This document shows positions 16,813-26,188 of a stretch of 26,188 nt of DNA, in pieces. Positions within the stretch are counted from its first letter, which is position 1. Every line of letters begins with the position of its first letter. The notes under the pieces are model-generated. The model was not told the origin of the DNA. It saw nothing but the letters and a program-made list of their open reading frames with translations, and searched no databases. Position numbers and translations under genes: made by a program. Origin of the DNA: an uncultured virus (IMG/VR IMGVR_UViG_2049941000_000092). Taxonomy: Duplodnaviria; Heunggongvirae; Uroviricota; Caudoviricetes. The DNA lies in IMG/VR virus record IMGVR_UViG_2049941000_000092; one strand, given 5' to 3'.

Positions 16813-18388
16813 CTAAATGATGCTGTCGTAACCGAAGAAATCGTTCTCAATTTCAGTTGTTGCACCAATCATATCGTTGTACAACGATTTTTGTTGAGCA
16901 GTAGTCCAGTATTGCTTATAATACTCTTCTTCAAGCATATCGGCAACCTCGCTTGGATAAATATGCCGATATATCTCGATTAGACTATCACAAGGATTTC
17001 CATCTTGTTCTGCATATAACATGATGGCGTTGAATGTATAAATCCAGAATAGAATTCTTTCCAAATTATACGTAGGTCTAAGAAACCTAAACTCAACGGT
17101 TTTACTAGACTTATAACAGAGAAGATTAATAAGATTCAACCAGTAATAGCGAGTTGCAATATTCCACTTGTGTCCGCGATTTTTATCGTTAGGATGAGGA
17201 ACTGTTAAATCGCCATTATATTCTAAACCGACTAAATTGCGATATAGAACTGTAAAACTGGGATACTTATTCAGTTTGTTACAGTAATCCTTCCCACTTT
17301 GCTTATACTTAGATGTATAGAAAGTGTATAACGGAAGAATTGCAGACAAATNNNNNNNNNNNNNNNNNNNNNNNNNNNNNNNNNNNNNNNNNNNNNNNNN
17401 NNNNNNNNNNNNNNNNNNNNNNNNNNNNNNNNNNNNGCAGACAAATCTGATTCGAGTCTAAGACAGACAAGATACAATTGATAAATCTTTTGGGGATCCA
17501 ATGGGTATCCACCAAAATGCATGTGAAGTGAACACTCTTTATTAAAATGAGTGTACTTGCGAAGTGTTTGTAACTGCTGATACAGTAGTGACAACCCTTC
17601 ATTTCCGCGCATGACTACAGTAGAGTATTCATTACCGGAAATTGAACCATCACGTAATGGAATCAATCCGTCTCGAAAACACAGTTCCTCGGGAATAATT
17701 CCTACACACGTTTCAAATTCAATACCAAATGTGTACTTAAGATATTTAGCCAGAGGGAATTCGTGACTTACGATAACAGATTGTTTTCCCGAAAAAAGTC
17801 TAAAATTCTCTGCAGCTTCATATTTCTTCTCAAACCTATAAGGAAATCCGGATTTAAGCATATATTTCAGCTCAATGAAATCCGATTTAGTTCCCCGTAG
17901 ATAAAGAACGTACTTATTGTCTTGAGAACTCCAGAAGTATTTTCCCTCGAATCCCTGAGGTGCGATACGAGTAGTATACCTCTTACCATTATCAAGAACA
18001 ATTACAACTCGCTCTTCTCCCCTTTTGACAAAACCGTTAATGAAAACACCATTATAGTAGTCAATAGCANNNNNNNNNNCGACATTGCATTGTCCATTAG
18101 CAACGCTACTAATGGCAAATGCTTCTTCAGGTTGCCCAATAAGTCCGAACTTTTCAGTTACGAACTTAATCTCACCTAAAGTAGTAGCAAGTGCTTCATA
18201 CCTTTGCTTGGCGAGATTGGCAAGATGATTCGCACTAGTCGAAGTAATGCCATCGGGGCCAAAGAATGACTCGCTAATAGGAAGATAGTTAATCATTGTT
18301 GTGCTTTTTAAAAAACATAAACGCAATTCTTGGAGGAACACCACACCACNNNNNNNNNNAAAGAGTGTATTGCTTTAACTGCTTCCAT
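16813..18388 (-). CDS. Putative amidoligase, copy 2 (start MEAVKAIHS at 18388; interrupted by gaps and a misplaced contig 18080-18349)
   Basis: FGIEFE, DGLIPLRDGSISGNEYSTVV (identical to copy 1), CSLHMH, RYYWLNL, KTVEFR; the gap at 17352-17436 is flanked by a duplicated gcagacaaat, so it is an overlap. Confidence 0.8.
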
Positions 18389-19526
18389 ACTTTCTTATAG
18401 TCTAAATTGGGATAGAGTCGTTTATAAATACTCTCATACGGCTGGCCATTGTGAAACTCATGAGTAGAGTAGCCGTTCTTAATACATAGTCCTTGCGCAA
18501 GACCAATCATTTGAAGTAATCCCGTAAACGGTTTTCTATCATCAACAGCAGTTGCAATATAATAGACTCCTTGATCATTATAAACACGATCGAGACTATA
18601 ATACCGTATCAAATTCTGATACCATGCTGCAAATTCTTCAGGAGTATTGAATATTGATTTCTTACAGAGATGTTCGAGATATCCGAATATTTCAGAAGAA
18701 ACCAAAGGAATACCTTGATAGAAATAGATTGGATACATACCAGCGGGAAGTTTTCTGCCAAAACAATCTTCGATTATTCTTCCAAAAGTACTGATAATAT
18801 ACTTACCATGAAGTGGTTTACCACCAAAGTTATAAAGATTATTTACATGATCTTTAGCCAGGTAAATGTACTCGTCCTCTTCTTCAGAATCAGATCCTTT
18901 ATAGATAACATTGGCTTTTGCAACCTTTTCTGGTCTTACAACTTTAGGTTCGCTTTTGGGTTTTTCTTCTTTTGCCTTGGTCTGAACACAGTTAGACCTG
19001 TCGATAATCTTGTATTCCTCAAGTACCCCGTCCTCATACTTGTAAACTACATTCTTCTTCATAAGAGAAGTATTGTCTCTCTGTACAAACAAGAAAGACA
19101 ATATAGAAGAAAATACTAGTTCACCAGTCTCAGGAGAATAAGCAAGATACAGTGGACGCTCTTCGGTTTCCTCTTTAGAAGAACGAGAGAGTTTCGACGC
19201 ACCTTTATAAAGAAATACAATCGGTTTACCTTCTTGATAATGAACGCAACAGAACGCAGTGCCACCCATATACTTAGATAATACATCAAATCCCTTATGA
19301 TAGAGAATTAACGCAANNNNNNNNNNCCGGCGTTATTTAACAGTTCGCTTTCCCAGAAAAAGTCTTCAAATCTAGCAGTTTCTTTGATGCCATACTCGGT
19401 TTTACCATCAAAAAATATACCACAACTGTCTCCACCTCTTAGATCATTAGCTAATCCAAGGCAGCAAAATGTTGCATAGTCTAAGGTTTCTGGGTCCTTA
19501 TTAATTATGCCATAAATTCCACACAT
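18360..19526 (-). CDS. Class II (Ntn) glutamine amidotransferase, copy 2, split by a gap
   Basis: MCGIYG, RGGDSCG; post-gap ALILYHKGFDVL..YMGG and EERPLY match copy 1. Confidence 0.85.
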
Positions 19527-20209
19527 TACTGAATATACTTTTTAATTCGTGAGACTAATTTGGGTATGATTGGTGCTTTAGGGTAGAAATCAGGAAAAAA
19601 CTGAAACGCAACACATTTCGGTCCATTAGCTGGTTTGAAATAAATCATTTCAGCTTCACCATATTGATTAACCGTATTCGTATCAAATCCTTTCAAAAAA
19701 GTCTTTAGATGAGACTCCGATTTAGCAATAATAGTGCCAGCTTTACCGTTTGCTAAGATAACAGAAGCCTGATTTCCAACAACATTATACATATACCCAC
19801 CAAGTTTAATAGAGTACGATGCCATCTGGTTTCTATCGGTAACACCAATGGTAAGGTCGTGTAAGCTTGCATACGCTCCAGCAAAACCGCCACAGACGAT
19901 AAGCAGTTGATCCTGAGACATCTGAGCCAGGATTTCATTGAGTTGTCCTCTTAAATCTTCATTATAAGCGACTTCTCTATGAGGTTCCTTATCTCGAGCT
20001 TCTATCAATTTCTTGATTTCAGCATAACGATCGTACGTTGAACCATAAGTTCCAAACGAATCGTTAGTAACAGGAAAATAATAAGAATCGTTCCTCGTTG
20101 CGAATTGTGTATCTGTAACAAGATACACGACCTTAGCATCTTTAATATTCTCTACGTACTCACATTTTGGAAATAGAATTTCCAATCCTTTATTTCCGTA
20201 AACTTTCAT
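19526..20209 (-). CDS. Highly diverged class I GATase-like protein, likely inactive
   Basis: N-terminal VENIKDAKVVYL and C-terminal EAEMIYF...PKCVAFQFFPD align with the other two class I paralogs. Confidence 0.6.
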   Translation of the reverse strand: MKVYGNKGLEILFPKCEYVENIKDAKVVYLVTDTQFATRNDSYYFPVTNDSFGTYGSTYDRYAEIKKLIEARDKEPHREVAYNEDLRGQLNEILAQMSQDQLLIVCGGFAGAYASLHDLTIGVTDRNQMASYSIKLGGYMYNVVGNQASVILANGKAGTIIAKSESHLKTFLKGFDTNTVNQYGEAEMIYFKPANGPKCVAFQFFPDFYPKAPIIPKLVSRIKKYIQ

Positions 20210-20329
20210 ATTATGCAGCAACAGTAATCANNNNNNNNNNTGTTCTTCGGATGGGTACATTAAATTAAATAATTCACAGGTCTCAGACCAAAAACAATCA
20301 TAACAATGTTCCATAATATTGTCATCTTG

Positions 20330-20402
20330 TGGAGCATGGGAGGATCGAACTCCCGACCCCATGCTTGCAAAGCATGTGCTCTACCGACTGAGCTAATACC
20401 CC
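20330..20402 (-). tRNA. tRNA-Ala(UGC)
   Basis: G3.U70; CATGC-TTTGCAA-GCATG. Confidence 0.92.
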
Positions 20403-20412
20403 GTTAAACAGA

Positions 20413-21438
20413 TTAGATTTTAATCTGTTTTATCTCCTTTGTTTCCATATCCAGTTCAAAAATAGCTCTAGAGTCTACACAATAACCATTACCCTTATTT
20501 CCTATAGAACCAGTGATTTCTCTTTGTGAATGAGAGAAGATTTGAATGGTATTCCATCCTTCTGGATCACGATACTCATCAAAATCATTCCNNNNNNNNN
20601 NNNNNNNNNNNNNNNNNNNNNNNNNNNNNNNNNNNNNNNNNNNNNNNNNNNNNNNNNNNNNNNNNNNNNNNNNNNNNNNNNNNNNNNNNNNNNNNNNNNN
20701 NNNNNNNNNNNNNNNNNNNNNNNNNNNNNNNNNNNNNNNNNNNNNNNNNNNNNNNNNNNNNNNNNNNNNNNNNNNNNNNNNNNNNNNNNNNNNNNNNNNN
20801 NNNNNNNNNNNNNNNNNNNNNNNNNNNNNNNNNNNNNNNNNNNNNNNNNNNNNNNNNNNNNCTCCATGTGGAGCATAACCGCCTCTATAACGACCTACAC
20901 AGAAAATTGGCGATTCTAGATCACGATTTAGAAAATTCCCAAGTACTCCATCTCGTTGAAGTTCTTTTTCAAATTCATTACCAATATAGGAAACAATGTT
21001 ATTTTCATTTAGAGTAAAGTTTGTTTCGTTTATTTCAAATATACGATTCATCGTATTTATCCATCCCGCACTAACTCCAGCATGAGTAAATAACACATTA
21101 TCAACTTTTAAGCATGGCTTAAACAATTGTATGTTTTCCCTATAAAGTGTGTGTAAATCATGATACCAATAATATGAAGTTCTTTCGAATCCCAATGCAT
21201 TCCAAATCCAAGATTCGTCATGATTTCCACATAACAAAGTTACATTGGTATTTGTTTTGGCAAAATCAATGATTTCTTCAAGATTTGCAAAACCATCGTG
21301 GTCATTAGTTCCTTCATAAGAATAAGGGTCCATATAGTCTCCTAAAAAAACTATTGGTGTGTCTTTGACATTTAAAACTGGTTTATAGAAATTTCTGCAA
21401 TGAACATCTGGAACAATAATTATTTTATTTGTCATCAA
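20413..21438 (-). CDS. Calcineurin-like metallophosphoesterase, gapped
   Basis: PDVH, LGDYMD, GNHD, THAG, QIFSHS. Confidence 0.88.
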   Translation of the reverse strand: MMTNKIIIVPDVHCRNFYKPVLNVKDTPIVFLGDYMDPYSYEGTNDHDGFANLEEIIDFAKTNTNVTLLCGNHDESWIWNALGFERTSYYWYHDLHTLYRENIQLFKPCLKVDNVLFTHAGVSAGWINTMNRIFEINETNFTLNENNIVSYIGNEFEKELQRDGVLGNFLNRDLESPIFCVGRYRGGYAPHGXXXXXXXXXXXXXXXXXXXXXXXXXXXXXXXXXXXXXXXXXXXXXXXXXXXXXXXXXXXXXXXXXXXXXXXXXXXXXXXXXXXXXXXXXXXNDFDEYRDPEGWNTIQIFSHSQREITGSIGNKGNGYCVDSRAIFELDMETKEIKQIKI

Positions 21439-21643
21439 TACGTTTAAACGTCGTTAAGAATCTTAAAAGAGGCATTGTCCTTCTAAATCCATCATCTGAA
21501 TAAGAATAAACAACACCTTCATCTTTGCTATAGTGATGAACATAATAATACTCTTCTTCAAGCATATCNNNNNNNNNNATCATTGTTATAAAGATACCCA
21601 TTGAAACCAACACACTTACAATATAAAATATAAGAAATACCAT
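21425..21643 (-). CDS. Small membrane-anchored hypothetical protein, gapped
   Basis: Hydrophobic N-terminus. Confidence 0.5.
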   Translation of the reverse strand: MVFLIFYIVSVLVSMGIFITMXXXXDMLEEEYYYVHHYSKDEGVVYSYSDDGFRRTMPLLRFLTTFKRIDDK

Positions 21644-22251
21644 AACAATCGTTTTAAATTCCCGCTACTTACCAGCAGCCAGTGTTCGCGGGAAGTTAAT
21701 TTTAAATGGAGTTATCCATCGAAGTTCCATTTTAGCATGTACACACAAATGGTTCACCTCAGCCTAATGCAGTGGCCTCTCTGTTTTATCAGTAAGCTGC
21801 ATTCTATACTGACTTATCAGGGTTTGTTTTTCTAGAGATAGAGTAAATACGCTCTTCTTCTATCGATCAATTCCAGAATAAACTTTTCGTAGGTATAACC
21901 ACGAGCATCCAGTATATCGTCGGCACCAACGCCATCATCAACACGCTCGATACAGAAATACCTCATTACAAAATTCTTCTTACGAACTGATCCAAACTTT
22001 TTAAAGTACTCTAAGTAAAGTCGNNNNNNNNNNAGAACTGTCCTAAAGACACAATCAATGGCAATGTCGAAGACTTCCCTGCCAGCGAGGACTAGGACAA
22101 CGTAAGAAAAAATTGGAAACGTTTCGGCAGGGAACCATTGTTGGGGGGGACCGAATCCCCATTGATTGATTAACTTGATTAACTTTACAGAAGTTAAGTA
22201 ATAACAATCCTTATACAGTATTCACTAGAGTTTCGTGTAAACACTCAGTCT

Positions 22252-22903
22252 CTAGTTAGTCTTTTGAGTAAGTTCGTAATAGATTTCCTTATATTTATTC
22301 GGAATCTGGATTTTCAAATTGCGAATCAGTTCGAGACGCTCCTTATGAGACTCTTCTTCGGCAAGAAGAATAGCACGCATTTTAGCGTTATGTTCCTCAT
22401 TTGCCTTACGATATTCGGCCAGGTCATCATTATACTTCTTCAGGATATTCTGTTCAATGGTAGATTTAATACCATTAAACTCAGCCTCTGCGGCACGATG
22501 AATTGCCTGAAGACGATCGAGAACTTGGTCAACATGTTCGATGGGATAGGTGGGTTCAACAATCTTGATGATTGTGTCCTTACCATTATAATCGACATGG
22601 CGAGGCTCAGCGAGAGCTTTGAGAAGTTTCTTTCTTCCGATATAGAACGGTCCATCCGGATGAATGAACTTACCATATGTTGCACATTTGGCCTCGAGAG
22701 AAAGATAGTGTTCCCTTTCCTTGATAGGAAGTCGGAGAAGATACTCCGAAACATCCATTTTAGAAGGAAAGTCCTTGGTGGGAATGTTCTTTATTTCAGG
22801 ATCGCGTGCAGCAACAGCATCCTGTTCAAGATCACGTTTGTGCTTGATAGCTTCCCGAAGGAATGCGATAAAACCTTTATAGGTAGAAATTTTGTCGAGA
22901 ATA
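22252..22903 (-). CDS. Coiled-coil-rich phage protein; N-terminus in gap (probably the misplaced segment 18080-18296)
   Basis: Frame open to the gap: ILDKISTYKGFIAFLREAIKHKR...LEAKCATYGKFIHPDG...LKIQIP. Confidence 0.75.
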
Positions 22904-23800
22904 NNNNNNNNNNNNNNNNNNNNNNNNNNNNNNNNNNNNNNNNNNNNNNNNNNNNNNNNNNNNNNNNNNNNNNNNNNNNNNNNNNNNNNNNNNNNNNNNN
23001 NNNNNNNNNNNNNNNNNNNNNNNNNNNNNNNNNNNNNNNNNNNNNNNNNNNNNNNNNNNNNNNNNNNNNNNNNNNNNNNNNNNNNNNNNNNNNNNNNNNN
23101 NNNNNNNNNNNNNNNNNNNNNNNNNNNNNNNNNNNNNNNNNNNNNNNNNNNNNNNNNNNNNNNNNNNNNNNNNNNNNNNNNNNNNNNNNNNNNNNNNNNN
23201 NNNNNNNNNNNNNNNNNNNNNNNNNNNNNNNNNNNNNNNNNNNNNNNNNNNNNNNNNNNNNNNNNNNNNNNNNNNNNNNNNNNNNNNNNNNNNNNNNNNN
23301 NNNNNNNNNNNNNNNNNNNNNNNNNNNNNNNNNNNNNNNNNNNNNNNNNNNNNNNNNNNNNNNNNNNNNNNNNNNNNNNNNNNNNNNNNNNNNNNNNNNN
23401 NNNNNNNNNNNNNNNNNNNNNNNNNNNNNNNNNNNNNNNNNNNNNNNNNNNNNNNNNNNNNNNNNNNNNNNNNNNNNNNNNNNNNNNNNNNNNNNNNNNN
23501 NNNNNNNNNNNNNNNNNNNNNNNNNNNNNNNNNNTGGTAACATAGTTGTAAAAATGAATAGTAGAACGCAGAGAAACTACTATTCGCTCAGAGTATGCTT
23601 AAATTCAGAATAACCGATCATGAAGAAGAAGGAGGTGTTGTTTCTGCGTTTTTAATACCGTTGTTCAATGACCACGTAAGGTGGCTTATTAGCCACCATA
23701 GATAATAAAGCAAGATAGTTTAAGTTACCTCTATAAAAGGTTAACGCTTGCTCGATGTTAGTAAAAGATCGATATTTTCCACATCCTGGAAATGGAACTG

Positions 23801-24091
23801 CTACGTAAGACATTCTATTGCTCCTAACTCTTTAAAGTACTTGATTTTATTATGGGTTTCTTCAATTGCTTCTTTAAGTGTCGGAGTTGAACTAACTTGA
23901 AAAAGACTTAGTTTTTTTACTGTTGCCTGATTCGGTTTAATGTTAGTTACAAGAATCTTATCACGAGTATCATCCGGTTTGACATAGGCTACACCTAAAT
24001 CACCATTAAGATAAACATATATACGAAATTCGTAAATCTGTTGATTATGTCCGGTTTTAATTCGCCTAGGTAATTCTTCTATTCGTTTCAT
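23801..24091 (-). CDS. Hypothetical protein
   Basis: ORF track, 96 aa. Confidence 0.65.
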   Translation of the reverse strand: MKRIEELPRRIKTGHNQQIYEFRIYVYLNGDLGVAYVKPDDTRDKILVTNIKPNQATVKKLSLFQVSSTPTLKEAIEETHNKIKYFKELGAIECLT

Positions 24092-24105
24092 ACCATAAAA
24101 TTTTA

Positions 24106-24138
24106 GAAAAGGGAGGAAAAATTATGAAAACCTCCCTT
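24106..24138 (-). terminator. Probable rho-independent terminator
   Basis: AAGGGAGG...CCTCCCTT followed by TTCT. Confidence 0.5.
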
Positions 24139-24175
24139 ATTATTAACGAGAACTCGTTATGCCCTATGGAGAAAT

Positions 24176-24445
24176 TTATAATTTTTTATCAATCTTATTA
24201 ACACGTTGAACGTAACCTTCAGCTTCTACAGCATCCATAAAGAATGCTGTATTAATGTTTAGTTCGTCGCTAATGTTTTGACAAATCTTCATTGGAGATT
24301 CATCAACTGGTACTTCGTGCGATACTACTTTCTCGCACACATCTTGAAACGAACAAAGACTACAAAACTCAGTGAGTGTATCCTCAACAACATGTGCGTA
24401 ATCTTTGCCCTTCCAGTTAATAATTCTATCTATACGAGCTTTCAT
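24176..24445 (-). CDS. Hypothetical protein with a CxxC-type Cys cluster
   Basis: ORF track; FCSLCSFQDVC...C. Confidence 0.65.
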   Translation of the reverse strand: MKARIDRIINWKGKDYAHVVEDTLTEFCSLCSFQDVCEKVVSHEVPVDESPMKICQNISDELNINTAFFMDAVEAEGYVQRVNKIDKKL

Positions 24446-24462
24446 AGTGTTTTAATTATTTG

Positions 24463-25092
24463 TAGCCCGGGCGGGAATCGAACCCGCACGACCTTTCAGG
24501 TCAGGGGATTTTTGTACCACTATAGTTTTCACTANNNNNNNNNNAACATGGCTGTAGAATCTCACTACAGAACTAAGACTCCCATCATTTCTGACTGTCT
24601 TCGTTTTATATAAACTACCCATACTTGTATTTATTTGTGGTCTGGACTCTATCTTAACCATATTGAAATCTTGCAAGATGCATATCTGCTTGAACCGAAG
24701 TAACCGCAAATATACAATTCCAACTTAGGTTCCTCCTGTAATAGTCTCTACACACTGTCTAACAATCAATATACTCGCAGTAACATTGTTAATATCCTTG
24801 TCAGGGATAAATTGTCAGTGACATTGGCTCGGTATCGGCATATTGTAATGTGAGACTTCCCTTGGTTCTCACCCCCATATACTGATGCTCTGTAATCTGA
24901 GCTATACATAATACAACTTTAGCTTTCACCGAATTAGGGAGGTTCTACATCTCAGGTTATCCCTGAGTGCACTCAAATTTTTCATTAAGCAGTGATATGC
25001 GTCTCACGACGAATATCACCATAATCAATGTCTAGTGATTATTATGAAAAAATTATTTAAGTCCCCAGTGTCTACCATTTCACCACCAGGCC
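24463..25092 (-). tRNA. tRNA-Leu(UAA), intron-containing: exon 1 25092-25059, exon 2 24512-24463
   Basis: Splicing restores GGGGA-CTTAAAA-TCCCC, variable arm GACC-TGAAA-GGTC, T arm GCGGG-TTCGATT-CCCGC. Confidence 0.88.
24513..25058 (-). mobile_element. Group I intron (IC3-like) in the tRNA-Leu(UAA) anticodon, no convincing ORF
   Basis: P1 ACTT|AAAT...ATTTGAGT with U.G; P2 CTCAGG/CCTGAG; P AATTCGGTGAAA; Q ATACCGAGCC; R GTAGAGACTA; P3 CCTCC/GGAGG; S AAGATAGAGTCC; P9.0 ACCAC/GTGGT. Confidence 0.88.
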
Positions 25093-25098
25093 ATAGTG

Positions 25099-25183
25099 CG
25101 GTGGATGTAGGATTCGAACCCACGGTACCTTACGGTACGGCTGATTTCAAGTCAGCTGGTATAAACCACTCACCCAACCCACC
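25099..25183 (-). tRNA. tRNA-Ser(UGA)
   Basis: GCTGA-CTTGAAA-TCAGC, long variable arm GTACC-GTAA-GGTAC, discriminator G. Confidence 0.92.
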
Positions 25184-25187
25184 ATTG

Positions 25188-25258
25188 TAACGCATGGGAG
25201 ATTCGAACTCCCGCTGACAGACTGAAAATCTGCTGTCCTACCCCTAGACGAATGCGTC
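25188..25258 (-). tRNA. tRNA-Glu(UUC)
   Basis: GCAGA-TTTTCAG-TCTGT; acceptor GACGCAT/ATGCGTT. Confidence 0.88.
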
Positions 25259-25717
25259 ACGTAATTTTGCACACAACATATTCTTAATTACCAAGCAGTC
25301 TTCATCTGTCAATCCAACTTGATAATCAACAATATATACGTGTTCTTTTTGACTTTCAAAGAAATCTCGTATGTCATCGATGATAACATAATTATTACAA
25401 GAGTTTGCATTTAGCCATGCTTGAATTTCCATCCCTCGACAATAATCGTCTCCTGTAATAAATACAAACGTCGGTGTTACATCAATGATGTTATTAAGAC
25501 CTGCTTTTTCAAGTCGTGTTATGCAATAAGCATCTACTTTCCAAGACGAAGATATTACTATCTTTGCTCCAGTCTGTTCTGTTAGATCATTCAATCTTTT
25601 CACAACAGCCGGATCTATATCCGGGTCTATAAATACATTATTGTAATAGTCTGCGCCTTTATACCAAGCATTATGATTGATAACACCGTCGCAATCCAAA
25701 AAAATGATTTTATTCAT
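25244..25717 (-). CDS. HAD-superfamily phosphatase, RNA-repair (Swiss-army-knife type) family
   Basis: IFLDCDGVIN, IVISSSW, RGMEIQAWL, YVIIDD. Confidence 0.85.
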   Translation of the reverse strand: MNKIIFLDCDGVINHNAWYKGADYYNNVFIDPDIDPAVVKRLNDLTEQTGAKIVISSSWKVDAYCITRLEKAGLNNIIDVTPTFVFITGDDYCRGMEIQAWLNANSCNNYVIIDDIRDFFESQKEHVYIVDYQVGLTDEDCLVIKNMLCAKLRDAFV

Positions 25718-26188
25718 GCTTGAAATAAAGTAATGTAGGATTATCCTTATGTATTGCTACTTTCGGAAAAGCTGTTTCAAATGCGTCTGAATCAAATTTA
25801 TAAGTGATTAAATGTACACCATGTATAGTAGGTACTTCGAATTTTATTAGATTCACTCGATAGAATGTAGCAAACCATTGAACAATTCTAGATTCTAAAG
25901 TTGTCCAATTGTCTTTATCATCTGTGTCAACATCTATTAACCACAATCTATCTTCTTTCTTTTCAGAACAGACATTACCAGCAGCAGAAGGAACAAGATT
26001 CTTTAGATGCTGAAAATTCTTATCCTGCAACAATTGTGCAAGATCTTTATTTACCTGCAATGCAACGTGTTCATAAGAACGTCTGTTCAAACGAATATAA
26101 ACCCTACTTTTGGTTTCATCAGATAATCTCTTTATCTCTGATTCTAATGCGTCATATTCTTGTAGTGAACCGATAAAGAATGTCTTTA
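25710..26188 (-). CDS. Conserved hypothetical phage protein, N-terminus beyond the window
   Basis: Frame open to the window edge; RVYIRLNRRS, WLIDVD, PTIHGVHLIT, HKDNPTLLY. Confidence 0.75.
   Translation of the reverse strand, partial: KTFFIGSLQEYDALESEIKRLSDETKSRVYIRLNRRSYEHVALQVNKDLAQLLQDKNFQHLKNLVPSAAGNVCSEKKEDRLWLIDVDTDDKDNWTTLESRIVQWFATFYRVNLIKFEVPTIHGVHLITYKFDSDAFETAFPKVAIHKDNPTLLYFKHE

Noticed and set aside
17352..17436. Apparent frameshift or split of amidoligase 2
   Set aside because: gcagacaaat is duplicated on both sides of the gap; merging gives continuous RLESDLSAILPLY
17271..18344. Apparent fusion of an FFGPDGITSTSANHLANLAK domain to amidoligase 2
   Set aside because: Segment 18080-18349 is bounded by two 10-N gaps. 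From recall it is the N-terminus of the family whose C-terminal part is 22252..22903, which lacks its start in a large gap. The real amidoligase start is probably at 18388. Likely mis-scaffolding.
24452..24709. ORF inside the tRNA intron as homing endonuclease
   Set aside because: Runs through S, P9 and the tRNA exon across a gap with no nuclease motif; a lone TATATTTG at 24714-24707 has no -33 box
25099..25183. Second suppressor tRNA
   Set aside because: TGA here is the anticodon, which reads UCA; ordinary tRNA-Ser with a long variable arm
1..26188. CRISPR array, integrase, transposase or reverse transcriptase
   Set aside because: No regularly spaced repeats or diagnostic motifs seen in the non-N sequence

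Overview
Gap-rich scaffold from a large AT-rich phage genome, probably of a Bacteroidota host (one exact TTTG-N19-TAnnTTTG promoter; typical small phage ORF families). Essentially everything is on the minus strand. The window holds a dispersed cluster of 14 tRNA genes, phosphoesterase, HAD and deoxyribosyltransferase genes, and two paralogous phiEco32-type glutamine-amidotransferase/amidoligase cassettes. Main findings: (1) An opal-suppressor tRNA (anticodon UCA, Trp-like) has its own promoter and terminator, and lies close to an unannotated 64-aa gene whose three Trp-like positions are all TGA. The long genes nearby use TGG, so TGA->Trp recoding looks gene-selective. (2) A group I intron splits the only catalytically intact class I GATase just after its Cys nucleophile. 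Its P8 loop carries a full paralog of the next operon gene instead of a recognisable homing endonuclease. (3) A tRNA-Leu(UAA) group I intron ends in A rather than the canonical omega-G. (4) Several pseudoknot-rich intergenic RNA candidates and tRNA-like elements. All calls were made by eye. N-gaps and at least one mis-scaffolded contig limit certainty.
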